Shown: piece after piece, positions 50,711 to 60,975 of the stretch
Position numbering within the stretch: the stretch's first letter is position 1
How the letters are laid out: every line of letters starts with the position of its first letter
Source: Ignavibacteria bacterium UBA7675
Lineage (GTDB): Bacteria; Bacteroidota; Ignavibacteria; Kapaibacteriales; UB7675
DNA: 64,000 nucleotides
NCBI GenBank assembly: GCA_002483085.1
Contig: DLHF01000073.1
Location: 10,703-74,702, forward strand
Direction: 5' to 3'
Translations under genes and position numbers: made by a program
The notes under the pieces: model-generated
The model's database searches: none
Told to the model about the DNA's origin: nothing
Seen by the model: the letters and a program-made list of their open reading frames with translations, nothing else

Positions 50711-52456
50711 TCAGCGGCGCACGACCATTGGCACTGTGCGAACACCCGCAGATGTTTTCATCGACACGATGTATGTTCCATCGCTCCATCCGGATGTAGC
50801 AATTTTCATCTCGTTCTCGATATTAGTATGCGTGAATGTTTGCTGATACATGACTCGGCCAAGCATATCGGTAATTGTCAGCGTAGCTTCCCCCTCTATA
50901 GAGGGCACTTCCAGCATAAAGGGAGCACCTTTCTCAACAGGATTCGGGAGTACGCGAAACTGCCCTTCCATTTCACCTGTAGACTGCTTCAGCAGAATCT
51001 GCCCCTGCTCTTCCTCTGCAACAAAGCCAGCAACACCAGCAGGCTCGGGAGCACCGCCAAGTTCAGGCGTGTATTGGCGGAGACCAGACATAACACAAGG
51101 ATTACCAAAACTAACTCCGGGGTCATTGCACAAACGTACCCACTGCCCATGAGTTGTCCGAGTAGATGTAATCGCAAAAGCTATATTCATTTGCGACACA
51201 CCCGGCGCTGTATTATCAATAGCAAGCGTGCGAGCATTAGTTGCTTCACTCAGCAAAACATCATTACAGAAGGAAGAACCAGAAGCACTTTCCATTTTAA
51301 CAACATAAACATCATCGCTGCCAAAGCCACCTGTCATACTACTTTGACCAGCGGTCGCGTAGCCACCATCGGAAGTGGGTATGATTTCCCACAAGAATTC
51401 ACCACCAGTAGTACCGCCATAGGCACGGCTCCATATCTTTGCTCCGACATTCGTCGTTTTCAGGACATAGCCATTAAGTCCTGTAAAGCCCAGTCCCTGG
51501 CAATAACCACTGAAGATTAATTCGCCTGTACATGTTTCTTTTACCGAAAGAAACTCATCCCAGTTTGAAGTAAACTCATAGGTGCGTCCCCACAGAAATG
51601 TTCCTGCATTGTTGAATTTCACCATGAGAGCATCAGGTGTTGTTGTATAGCTTGTCTCCGTGCCAGCTGTGATATAGCCGCCGTCGTTGGTCTGGCGTAC
51701 TGACCAAATACCCTCTGTACCTGTGCCGCCAAAATTGCGTGACCACGTTGTAACTCCAGTAGAATTAACTTTCACAAGCCATGACTGATAATTGCCAGTA
51801 ATACTAGATGTACTACCGGCTGTTATATAGCCACCATCAGTAGTCTGCTGCACTGATTTGAAGCCTTCTATTCCAGTCCAGCCATAGGATTTCCACCAAG
51901 TAACGGCACCCAAAGAAGTGGTTTTCAACAGAAAAGCATCGTAGTCACCTGCACCGAAGCTATTTGTACGGCCAGAGACAATAAAGCCACCATCGGATGT
52001 AGTTTGCACACAAGCCCCTTCTTCATCTCCACTACCACCATAGGTCATTGTCCAGAGCAGTGTGCCAACATTATTTGTTTTGAGAAGAAACACATCATCA
52101 CGTATACAGTTGTTGTTGTTTTGCGTTTTACCCGTAATGATAAATCCACCATCAGCGGCGATATCAAGAGAATACGCATAGTCATTTCCACCAATATTGT
52201 AGCTATATGACCACAAGACATTACCAACCCTATCTAAACGGACAAGATAAACATCAAAATCACTTGCTCCGGATGTATAACCGGCCACGACATAGCCACT
52301 GTCTGGAAGTTGTTTAATGGAACGCCCTACCTGTTGGGTGGATGTTCCTGCAAGGGTCTGAAAGCGCGGTATTTGCGCCTGCGCTTCATTGTGCATCATC
52401 AGTGCCAGTGACATTACTGTGGCACACATCAATAGGAATAAAGCTTTTTTCTTCAT
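50711..52456 (-). CDS. T9SS-sorted secreted protein with repeated 'DGG(F/Y)I(T/V)(A/S)G' beta-propeller-like blades
   Basis: Signal peptide MKKKALFLLMCATVMSLALMMHNEAQAQ. At least 5 repeats of the ...DGGFIITGKT / DGGYITAGST... type. The C-terminus ...LTITDMLGRVMYQQTF...GWSDGTYIVSMKTSAGVRTVPMVVRR is a Por secretion tail. Confidence 0.75.
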   Translation of the reverse strand: MKKKALFLLMCATVMSLALMMHNEAQAQIPRFQTLAGTSTQQVGRSIKQLPDSGYVVAGYTSGASDFDVYLVRLDRVGNVLWSYSYNIGGNDYAYSLDIAADGGFIITGKTQNNNNCIRDDVFLLKTNNVGTLLWTMTYGGSGDEEGACVQTTSDGGFIVSGRTNSFGAGDYDAFLLKTTSLGAVTWWKSYGWTGIEGFKSVQQTTDGGYITAGSTSSITGNYQSWLVKVNSTGVTTWSRNFGGTGTEGIWSVRQTNDGGYITAGTETSYTTTPDALMVKFNNAGTFLWGRTYEFTSNWDEFLSVKETCTGELIFSGYCQGLGFTGLNGYVLKTTNVGAKIWSRAYGGTTGGEFLWEIIPTSDGGYATAGQSSMTGGFGSDDVYVVKMESASGSSFCNDVLLSEATNARTLAIDNTAPGVSQMNIAFAITSTRTTHGQWVRLCNDPGVSFGNPCVMSGLRQYTPELGGAPEPAGVAGFVAEEEQGQILLKQSTGEMEGQFRVLPNPVEKGAPFMLEVPSIEGEATLTITDMLGRVMYQQTFTHTNIENEMKIATSGWSDGTYIVSMKTSAGVRTVPMVVRR

Positions 52457-52914
52457 AACGAGATCCTCATTATTAAAATTAAGTAAGTGAGTAAAATAAG
52501 GCTTACAAGGGTGTGTAATACCGGCTCATCAGACAAGACAGTGAGAACTATTCGGTAAAACCGCAGTAGAACGGTTCGGCATTCTTACTGCACTGAGGAC
52601 TATGCAGTACAACCGCGGTGAAAAAACTATGTCGCGACAGAATCGATTCGGCGCCAATATACATGTAGCACTCTTTTCACAGCAAGACAAATACATGCAA
52701 TAATCGAAAATCCGTGTTTGTCCTATGGCCGTATCAGTGTTTGTCTGTACTCCTATCCCTCTATTCTGTTCCATTTGTCTCTTTCACAAAACCCCATTTG
52801 TGGAGAACTTTACTTGGCGGTCTGCTGCCGAACGGGTATTTTTCGAGTAATCCGGATCTAATTCTCTGTGACAGACTCTGCCTGGCTCCGCGCTGGCTGA
52901 ATATATTGTGTGCT

Positions 52915-55900
52915 ATGCCCGAATTTGTTCATCTTCATAATCATACTCATTACTCGCTCTTAGATGGAGCGTGTACGCCCGAACAACTGATCAAAGCAGC
53001 AGTGGCCGATGGCCAGAAGTCTCTTGCCCTGACTGACCACGGTGTGATGTTCGGCGGTATGGAGTTCTATAAAAAAGCTAAAAAAGCCGGTGTGAAGCCC
53101 ATCCTCGGCTGCGAAATGTATGTGGCAAACGGTAGCCGCTTCGATAAGGATCTTGGAAAAGGCGATAAACGACGGAAAAATTATTTTCACCTCGTTCTGC
53201 TGGCTAAAAATGATGTCGGCTATCGCAATCTTATTAAGCTCTCTACCTACGGCCATACCGAAGGATTTTACTATAAACCTCGTATCGATACCGATGTGCT
53301 CTCGGAACATTCCGAAGGGCTCGTGGCGCTCTCAGCCTGCGCAGGCGGAGTGATTAATGCTCACCTTGTGTCCGGTGATTATGATACTGCCAGAAAAACA
53401 GCGATTTTCTACAAAGAATTGTTCGACGACGATTTTTATATCGAATTGCAAGATCATAAGCTCGCCGTTGATAAGCCCATTCTCGAACTTGCGCCGAAGC
53501 TCGCTCGTGAACTTGGTATTAAGATGGTGGCTACCAATGATTGTCACTATATCCGGCAAGAACATGCAGTGGCGCATAATGTACTGCTCCATATCAAGGA
53601 TGTGACCGCCAGCACCGCCGGTACTGTCGATATCAATAAGCTGCGCTATGGCGCGCCGGAAATGTATTTTAAAACCGCCGAGGAAATGGCTCAGCTCTTT
53701 GGCCAGTACGAAGGCGCACTGGATCACTCGCTCGAAATTGCAGATAAGTGTAATTTTGAATTTGGTAAGGAACTCTATATGCCGGACTTCCCCATTCCGG
53801 TGGAGTCCAAATCGGTAAATCTTGATGAGTACCTCGACGAGCTGACATGGAAAGGACTCGAACGGCGCTATCCGCAGTTCAATAAGGAAATTACTGATCG
53901 CACAGAGTTTGAGCTGGGCGTTATCAAAAAAATGGGGTTCTCGGGCTATTTTCTGATTGTGCAGGATTTTATCGCTGCTGCTCGCAATATGGGCGTTAGC
54001 GTAGGCCCAGGTCGCGGCTCGGCGGCAGGTAGCCTTGTGGCCTATGGCTTGGGAATTACAAACGTCGACCCCCTGCGCTACAATCTCCTGTTCGAGCGTT
54101 TTCTCAATCCTGATCGCGTGTCGATGCCCGATATTGACATCGATTTCAACGACGAAAAGCGCGAAAAAGTAATCCAGTACGTGCGCGATAAATACGGTGC
54201 TAATTCCGTAGCTCAAATCATTACGTTCGGTACGCTGTCCTCGCGCGCCGTGCTCAAAGATGTAGGCCGCGTACTCGGTGTTCCTCTCGCCACTATCGAG
54301 TCCATTACCAAAAATATTCCCGTGATCCTCGGCAAAGTAACGCCGATAAAAGAGGCTTTAGAGCTGCCCGAACTGCGCTGGGTAAAGGAAAGCAACGATC
54401 CTAAACTGCGCCAGCTTATCGAATATTCGATGGTGCTGGAAGGCTTCTGCCGCAATGCGTCGCTGCACGCCGCTGGTGTGGTGATTGCTCCGGGCGATAT
54501 TTCCGACTATGTACCGCTCTATAAATCGCCCAACTCCGAGCTCGCTACACAGTTCAATATGAAAGACCTCGAAGATGCGGGGCTTCTGAAAATGGACTTT
54601 CTCGGGCTGCGGACACTGTCGATTATCGATAATACTATCGCGATGGTGGAGTATAATCACCAAGTAAAAATCGACATCGACGCTATCGACTTCGACGACA
54701 CAGCCTCCTATGGCCTATTGGGTGAAGGCAAAACTCTTGCTGTGTTTCAGTTCGAATCCGAGCCAATGCAGAAGTATCTGAAACAGCTCAAACCTACCAA
54801 TCTCGAAGACCTGACGGCCATGAATGCTCTCTACAGGCCGGGCCCGATGGATAATATCCCGGAGTTTATCGATAGGAAACAAGGCCGCAAGCAAATTTCC
54901 TACCTGCATGCAGAGATGGAACCTGCGCTAAAAAACACGTATGGCATTATTGTCTACCAAGAACAGGTAATGCAGTTGGTGCGCGATATCGCAGGGTTTA
55001 CGCTTGCACAATCGGATATCATGCGGCGCGCAATGGGTAAAAAAGACGAGAAACTCATGCAGGAACAGCGCGAATTGTTTATCGACGGCGCTGTAAAAAA
55101 AGCCTACGATCATAAGCTCGCAGGCGAAATTTTTGACCTTATCCTGAAATTTGCGTCTTACGGTTTTAATAAGTCGCACTCGCTTGCCTATTCCTATCTC
55201 GCTTTCCAGACAGCATGGCTAAAAACACACTATACCGCAGAGTTTCTGGCTGCGAACATGACCGCAGAGCTCAACGATCTCGACAAAATTGTGAACTTGA
55301 CCGAGGAGGCGAAGACCTTTGGCATTGAAGTGCTGCCGCCAGATGTGAACGACTCGCAGGCTATGTTTACAGCCGTCGACAGTAAAACTATTCGGTTCGG
55401 GCTGGCAGCTATCAAAAACGTCGGTGTGAATGTCGTGGAGTGCATTATGAAAGCACGCCAGGAAAAGCCTTTTGTGTCGCTATTCGATTTTGCTGCACGT
55501 GTGGAGTCCAAAGCGCTGAACCGCCGTACCATTGAAGCACTTGTATGCGCCGGTGCTTTCGATTCGCTGCGATGCGGCCATCGAGCACAGCTTTTTAATG
55601 CTATTGAGTCGGCGCTGAAATACTCGCAGGCTTTTACACAGTCGAAAAATCCCGATATGGATAGCCTGTTCGGTGGCGATAGCGAAGCCGAGCTTATCAG
55701 CGAGCCAACGCTGGGCGATGCTCCGCAGTGGAGCTTTCTGGAACGCCTGAAAAAAGAGAAAGAATATCTGAATTTTTATATCAGCGGCCACCCATTAGAA
55801 CGCTACTACCCGCATGTGATTTCCTTCCGTACACTTTCGCTTAGCGATAAGGAGAGCCCGCTCATCGGCAAGCAAGCACGCGTGTGTGGTATTGTGTCGG

Positions 55901-56376
55901 GCATACGCACAAAACTAGACAAACGCGAGAAAACTATCGGCTTTGTTACGCTCGAAGACTTCGGAGGTCGCGCAGAGTGTATCTTCTGGAGTGACGCCTT
56001 TGCTCGCTTCCGCGACTTCCTTGTGGAAGATGCGATGATCATGGTCATAGGCCGCACCGAGATCAATGGCAGTTCGTCGCTCAAGGTGATTGCCGACGAA
56101 GTCATTCCATTGGAAGAAACACCGAAAAAATTCGCAAAAGGGCTTCTTCTGTCAGTAGATCGCACGAAAGTGGAACCACAACTTATAGAGCAGGCCGCAC
56201 GGCGCATTGGAACGGCTGGCAATGGCGATGGCAGGATTGAAATTAGCGTGTACGAAGGGGCTGCTATTCCCATGAAAAAGTACAGATCGCGCAGCAAAGT
56301 AGTGCCCTCCCACGATATCGCTATCGACCTGATGAATATCCTCGGTACGCGCAATGTAAAATTCTTTACAGATTAA
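52915..56376 (+). CDS. dnaE: DNA polymerase III alpha subunit
   Basis: The PHP N-terminus is MPEFVHLHNHTHYSLLDGA. The polymerase core is ...GSAAGSLVAYGLGITNVDP.... About 1150 aa, with a C-terminal OB fold. Confidence 0.9.
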   Translation: MPEFVHLHNHTHYSLLDGACTPEQLIKAAVADGQKSLALTDHGVMFGGMEFYKKAKKAGVKPILGCEMYVANGSRFDKDLGKGDKRRKNYFHLVLLAKNDVGYRNLIKLSTYGHTEGFYYKPRIDTDVLSEHSEGLVALSACAGGVINAHLVSGDYDTARKTAIFYKELFDDDFYIELQDHKLAVDKPILELAPKLARELGIKMVATNDCHYIRQEHAVAHNVLLHIKDVTASTAGTVDINKLRYGAPEMYFKTAEEMAQLFGQYEGALDHSLEIADKCNFEFGKELYMPDFPIPVESKSVNLDEYLDELTWKGLERRYPQFNKEITDRTEFELGVIKKMGFSGYFLIVQDFIAAARNMGVSVGPGRGSAAGSLVAYGLGITNVDPLRYNLLFERFLNPDRVSMPDIDIDFNDEKREKVIQYVRDKYGANSVAQIITFGTLSSRAVLKDVGRVLGVPLATIESITKNIPVILGKVTPIKEALELPELRWVKESNDPKLRQLIEYSMVLEGFCRNASLHAAGVVIAPGDISDYVPLYKSPNSELATQFNMKDLEDAGLLKMDFLGLRTLSIIDNTIAMVEYNHQVKIDIDAIDFDDTASYGLLGEGKTLAVFQFESEPMQKYLKQLKPTNLEDLTAMNALYRPGPMDNIPEFIDRKQGRKQISYLHAEMEPALKNTYGIIVYQEQVMQLVRDIAGFTLAQSDIMRRAMGKKDEKLMQEQRELFIDGAVKKAYDHKLAGEIFDLILKFASYGFNKSHSLAYSYLAFQTAWLKTHYTAEFLAANMTAELNDLDKIVNLTEEAKTFGIEVLPPDVNDSQAMFTAVDSKTIRFGLAAIKNVGVNVVECIMKARQEKPFVSLFDFAARVESKALNRRTIEALVCAGAFDSLRCGHRAQLFNAIESALKYSQAFTQSKNPDMDSLFGGDSEAELISEPTLGDAPQWSFLERLKKEKEYLNFYISGHPLERYYPHVISFRTLSLSDKESPLIGKQARVCGIVSGIRTKLDKREKTIGFVTLEDFGGRAECIFWSDAFARFRDFLVEDAMIMVIGRTEINGSSSLKVIADEVIPLEETPKKFAKGLLLSVDRTKVEPQLIEQAARRIGTAGNGDGRIEISVYEGAAIPMKKYRSRSKVVPSHDIAIDLMNILGTRNVKFFTD

Positions 56377-56466
56377 TAGGTAATTGCTATCTTCTATGCT
56401 GGTTGGCACACCGCAGATACAACGCTGCAATGCCCGGCCTCCTATTGCTCATATGCAGGGATATGT

Positions 56467-57411
56467 ATGACTACCGACGACAAGCAGCATGAGTTTGAAG
56501 CTGCACCCGAACTTCCCTACCCCGATGCAAAGTTGTTCCGGCGCGAGCCGAGAGTGCGAAACAAAAAGGAAAAGGAAAAAATTCGGAAGGGAACAAAAGA
56601 TAGAAAAAAAGCGATTCTCGTGGAGGAACCAGAAACAACCGGCGGCTTCGAGAATACAATTATCTGCGGCGATAGCGAGCAAGTTCTGCACACGATCCCT
56701 TCAAATTCTATCGACATCGTGCTCACTTCCCCACCCTATAATTTTGGATTGGACTACGATACCAACGACGTCGCCGATGCACAGCTCTGGGAAGCGTACT
56801 TTGCAAAGCTTAATACAATCTGGAAAGAGTGTATGCGCGTGCTCAAGCCTGGCGGTCGCCTGATTGTCAATGTCCAGCCGCTGTTTTCTGATTATATTCC
56901 CACACATCATATCATTTCTAAACAGCTTTTAGACCTCGGCCTGCTGTGGAAAGGCGAAATTCTGTGGGAGAAAAATAATTACAATTGCAAATACACAGCC
57001 TGGGGAAGCTGGAAAAGCCCCAGTATGCCGTACCTGAAGTACTCGTGGGAATTCATCGAAATATTTAGCAAGGAAACTCACAAGAAAACCGGTGCGAGCG
57101 AAAACATCGACATCACTGCCAATGAGTTCAAAAAGTGGGTGTACGCAAAGTGGTCGATTTCCCCGGAACGCAATATGAAGGAATATCACCACCCTGCCAT
57201 GTTTCCCGAAGAATTAGTGTCGCGCCTGCTCAAGCTGTTCAGCTATAGAAATGATCTGGTGCTCGATCCGTTCAATGGCGCAGGTACAACTACAACGGTA
57301 GCACAGCGCTTGGGCCGCCGGTTTATCGGCATCGATGTGTCCGAAGAATTCTGCCGCGTAGCCGAAGAACGCTTGCGGAAAACGCCGATGGGACTGTTTG
57401 GAGAACGATAA
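56467..57411 (+). CDS. Beta-class (N6-adenine / N4-cytosine) DNA methyltransferase, orphan, with a Lys/Glu-rich N-terminal extension of about 60 aa
   Basis: Motif IV (IVLTSPPYN) precedes motif I (LDPFNGAGTT), which is beta-class order. The N-terminus ...RREPRVRNKKEKEKIRKGTKDRKK... is unusual. No restriction-endonuclease candidate is adjacent. Confidence 0.8.
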   Translation: MTTDDKQHEFEAAPELPYPDAKLFRREPRVRNKKEKEKIRKGTKDRKKAILVEEPETTGGFENTIICGDSEQVLHTIPSNSIDIVLTSPPYNFGLDYDTNDVADAQLWEAYFAKLNTIWKECMRVLKPGGRLIVNVQPLFSDYIPTHHIISKQLLDLGLLWKGEILWEKNNYNCKYTAWGSWKSPSMPYLKYSWEFIEIFSKETHKKTGASENIDITANEFKKWVYAKWSISPERNMKEYHHPAMFPEELVSRLLKLFSYRNDLVLDPFNGAGTTTTVAQRLGRRFIGIDVSEEFCRVAEERLRKTPMGLFGER

Positions 57412-57532
57412 TAGGCGCCAAACAAGTATCTGTGCATGCTGTTTTCAACAAGCAAAAAAAAGCGGCTGGATCACTTCCAACCGCCTTCAGTTTATACTCG
57501 CTCTTTTAAGTGCATCTCATCGGCCAATCATT

Positions 57533-57634
57533 TCGCTTCGGCCTCTGCCCAGAGGTGGCTTTCAAGCCACCTCTACGGTATGTCTCTGCACCGCGCTGCA
57601 CGACCCGCCGCGTGGCTGTTCAGCCTTTCACCGC
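57533..57634 (+). repeat. Intergenic repeat, motif-1 copy B (TCGCTTCGGCCTCTGCCC-AGAGGTGGC-tttcaa-GCCACCTCT...TCTCTGCACCGCGCTGCACGACCCGCCGCGTGGCTGTTCAGCCTT)
   Basis: The shared core plus an internal perfect 9-bp hairpin. It lies between the MTase (+) and FtsX (-) genes. Confidence 0.5.
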
Positions 57635-57656
57635 ATATCATCCACCAAACTATCTA

Positions 57657-58823
57657 TTACGCCGAGCGCAGAGCATTTACAATTTGCAAGCGTGCAGCGC
57701 GGAAGGAAGGCAGAAAGCCTCCTACAAGCCCCATCACAACAGCAAAGAGAATGGTGAGTATAATGATGATTGGCGATAGCGAGAACGAGAATTGCAGCTC
57801 GGAAAACGAACCAAAATTCAGCGTTGAAAGCGAGACGAATTGCAGGAACGACGCAAGAAACAATCCCAACGCCCCTCCTACCAATGCTATCAACATCGAC
57901 TCTATCAGGAAAGCCATCATAATGCTGAACCTCTGAAAGCCGAGCGCGCGCAGTGTGCCGATCTCTACTGTGCGGTTGGCCACAGCAGCGTACATCGTAA
58001 TCATAGCGCCGATCATAGCGCCAACACTGAAGATAATCGTAATAAATATCCCGAGAATATTGATAAACATCGACAATGCTTCCGACTGCTTTTCGTAGTA
58101 CCGGCGTTCGCTTTCGGGCTCGAACTGGTTTAAGCGCGGGTCCGACGCAAATTGTGTTTTGAGCTGTGATAGAACCGCAGGATCATCCACGCGAAAGGTA
58201 ATTGTAGAAAAGTCGGAGCGATTAAACGCCTGAAGCAACTGGTCGATATCGCCCCAAATTTCGCTGTCAAAAGCGCTGTGTTCGCCGTCGATCACCCCAA
58301 CAATAGTCCACATATCACCAGCGAACTTTACTTTGTCGCCGATGTTAGCGCCTTTAAAGCGGTCGCGGATAGCACCACCAACCACGAGTTCGCGCGCACC
58401 CCATGTAAACATTCTACCTTCGGTGAGCTTTATTTGCTCGCGAATAGTAAACGCCTGCCGGGAAACGCCACGCACTGTTACATTGCTGATACCGCCGGTT
58501 TTTTTGCCGATGTTAATAATCACGACAGCATCAGTAGTAGCCAGCGGTTTGCCGTCGGCGCCGCGCGAAATTGCGGGCAGCGTAAGAATGTTGTTCGCCG
58601 TTTCGCGGTCGATAATACTCGATATCTCGCTGGTTGCCGACTTTCTGGAAATGATCACATTGTTTGCCGAGCCTGTGGACACGAGAGTCTTCTGCACGCC
58701 ATAAGACATCATCAGCACGGCGGCAAACACAAACACAACAAGCGCCACACCTGTCACCGTGATCGATGTCGTCAATCGCCGGGCAATGAAATTCCTGGCG
58801 ATATAGGAAAATGGTATTTTCAT
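57657..58823 (-). CDS. ABC transporter permease, FtsX / MacB-type (permease 2)
   Basis: MKIPFSYIARNFIARRLTTSITVTGVALVVF... is an N-terminal transmembrane segment. A periplasmic MacB_PCD-like domain and the C-terminal 3-TM FtsX domain follow. Confidence 0.75.
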   Translation of the reverse strand: MKIPFSYIARNFIARRLTTSITVTGVALVVFVFAAVLMMSYGVQKTLVSTGSANNVIISRKSATSEISSIIDRETANNILTLPAISRGADGKPLATTDAVVIINIGKKTGGISNVTVRGVSRQAFTIREQIKLTEGRMFTWGARELVVGGAIRDRFKGANIGDKVKFAGDMWTIVGVIDGEHSAFDSEIWGDIDQLLQAFNRSDFSTITFRVDDPAVLSQLKTQFASDPRLNQFEPESERRYYEKQSEALSMFINILGIFITIIFSVGAMIGAMITMYAAVANRTVEIGTLRALGFQRFSIMMAFLIESMLIALVGGALGLFLASFLQFVSLSTLNFGSFSELQFSFSLSPIIIILTILFAVVMGLVGGFLPSFRAARLQIVNALRSA

Positions 58824-58857
58824 AGATTTCAATCGAATGAGTAGATGGACAGGTAGA

Positions 58858-60018
58858 TTAGCCGATAAATCGCAAGCCGTCGACAATACGCGTCTTCAGT
58901 GCCCGGCGCAGCGGTATAATAGAAGCGAGCACTCCTACCAATATCGCCGAACTCGCGGCGAGAATCACTGTAGATGGTGCGAGATTGAACACCGGGAACC
59001 AACCCTTTGGCACCAGAATGCTAAACATCGCTACAACTGGGTACACAATTGCCAGCCCCAACCCGGCACCGAGGAACGAAATGATAAGCGATTCCCCTGC
59101 GACAAAGGCCGAAAGATGGCCGCCAGTAAAACCAAGCGTTTTCAGCACTGCGTATTCGCGTGTGCGCTCACGAGCCGACATAATCATTGTATTGCCAAGC
59201 ACCAGCATGATAATACCGATAATGACAAACGACATGACATTCAGCGATGTAATAATCGCACCCGACGATGCCACAAACCCTTGCTGGAATGCGCGCTCTG
59301 TCTCTGTCTTTGTTTCAGCACGAGAGTTCTGGAACAATGCGTCGATGCGCTCGGAAACAGCCGCAGACTGCCGTGCATCCTTAATCTGTACGGCAAACCA
59401 GCCAATATTGCCAGCGCGCTCGGGCGATACCTGCCGTATGCGCTCATCCAAATATTGCCAGTGAAAGTACATACCAGTAGCATCTACAGTTTTATCGCGC
59501 GGCTGGTAAATAGCGCGCACGACAAATTGCCACTGCCCCGGGTAAATGTCCCCTTCGAGCTCCATAATATCGCCCACTTTCAGCTTGTACATTTTTGCGA
59601 GATCGGCACCTATCACACACGAGTTGCGCTCTTTCAGGAACGCTTCGCGCTCTGCAGGTGTCACCACAAATTCGGGATACACATCAAACAGCGTCTCAGG
59701 ATCGCAAGCCATACGCGCAAAGAACTGATTTTTGTCGATGTACACACCGCCAAACCAGTTGAAAAACGTGACGTTTTTTACTTCGGGTAGCTTGGAAATC
59801 TGATCCTTATAGGCATAGGGCAGCGGAAAAATAAACGACACCGCCTGCCTCGTAATGAGCCTGTCGGCAGCGGCGGCCTCTACTCCTGCATTCCATGCCG
59901 TCACCACGGTTTGCAGCAGGCCAAATGCCATCACAGCAATAGCTATACCAACAATGGTAAGAAATGCCCGGAGCTTGTGGCGCAGAGCATTCTTAAAAAT
60001 AAGTTTCAGTATTTTCAT
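58858..60018 (-). CDS. ABC transporter permease, FtsX / MacB-type (permease 1)
   Basis: [29 protein letters not shown].... The C-terminal FtsX domain is ...SARERTREYAVLKTLGFTGGHL.... Confidence 0.8.
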   Translation of the reverse strand: MKILKLIFKNALRHKLRAFLTIVGIAIAVMAFGLLQTVVTAWNAGVEAAAADRLITRQAVSFIFPLPYAYKDQISKLPEVKNVTFFNWFGGVYIDKNQFFARMACDPETLFDVYPEFVVTPAEREAFLKERNSCVIGADLAKMYKLKVGDIMELEGDIYPGQWQFVVRAIYQPRDKTVDATGMYFHWQYLDERIRQVSPERAGNIGWFAVQIKDARQSAAVSERIDALFQNSRAETKTETERAFQQGFVASSGAIITSLNVMSFVIIGIIMLVLGNTMIMSARERTREYAVLKTLGFTGGHLSAFVAGESLIISFLGAGLGLAIVYPVVAMFSILVPKGWFPVFNLAPSTVILAASSAILVGVLASIIPLRRALKTRIVDGLRFIG

Positions 60019-60704
60019 CGCATTTTCTCCTCTGGAAGAAGATCGCCTTTCTCCAAGTGGCGTACTGTCCCTGCGCGTTCAGCAGCGGCGGGGTCGTGAG
60101 TCACCATCACAATGGTTTTGCCCAGCTCTTGATTTAGGCGCTCAAGCAGCGTCATAATATCATCAGCCGAACGCTTGTCGAGGTCGCCTGTTGGTTCATC
60201 GGCTACGAGAATATCCGGGTCGGAAGCAATAGCACGTGCAATAGCTACGCGCTGTTCCTGGCCGCCGGAAAGCTGTTTGGGATAGTGTTTCATACGGTCT
60301 GCGAGGCCCACCATCGCAAGCGCCCGCTCTACCTGATCCTTGCGCTGTGCTTTGTTCAGCGGCGTAAGCATCAGGGGAAGCTCTACGTTTTCATACGCCG
60401 TGAGCACGGGAATGAGATTGTAGAACTGAAAAATAAATCCCACGTGGCGCGAACGCCACTTGGCAAGCGTTGCTTCGCTCAGAGTGGCAATGTCGGTGCC
60501 CTGCACGAGCACACGCCCGCGCGTTGGCCTGTCGATACCAGCAATAATATTGAGCAGTGTTGTTTTACCGGAGCCCGAAGGCCCCATCAGAGCGATAAAT
60601 TCGCCCTCTTGGATTGTCAGTGACACATTGTTGAGGACGGGAACTTCCAGCTTGTCGCGCATGTACGATTTGTAGACATTTTCTACGCTGATCGCTGTGG
60701 GCAT
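60015..60704 (-). CDS. ABC transporter ATP-binding protein (MacB / LolD-like)
   Basis: Walker A is GPSGSGKTT, the signature is [14 protein letters not shown], and Walker B is [12 protein letters not shown]. The start was chosen at [14 protein letters not shown]. Confidence 0.85.
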   Translation of the reverse strand: MPTAISVENVYKSYMRDKLEVPVLNNVSLTIQEGEFIALMGPSGSGKTTLLNIIAGIDRPTRGRVLVQGTDIATLSEATLAKWRSRHVGFIFQFYNLIPVLTAYENVELPLMLTPLNKAQRKDQVERALAMVGLADRMKHYPKQLSGGQEQRVAIARAIASDPDILVADEPTGDLDKRSADDIMTLLERLNQELGKTIVMVTHDPAAAERAGTVRHLEKGDLLPEEKMR

Positions 60705-60975
60705 AAATACTCCTTCAGGGTCATGGAAAAATGCAGATGAAATGTATCTGTGTGTTGTAATACCGCCTTCTCTACCGCCGTGATGTGTACAGACCTGCAA
60801 ACAACTACACGCCGGAAGAATATATGCCGCAGAGGTGCCACGACACACAGGGAATGACTGCGCGTGTGGCATACAAAGGCAAGCCGACCTCTTGTTCCCG
60901 CTTCCGGCTGCCCGTTATCCTGTGAATGATCTCACTCCCGTTCCCACAAAAGCACAGTGCTCTATGGAAGTCGAA

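Noticed and set aside
53332-54216. 294-aa minus-strand ORF inside dnaE
   Set aside because: It is antisense to the DnaE PHP / polymerase core and has no features of its own.
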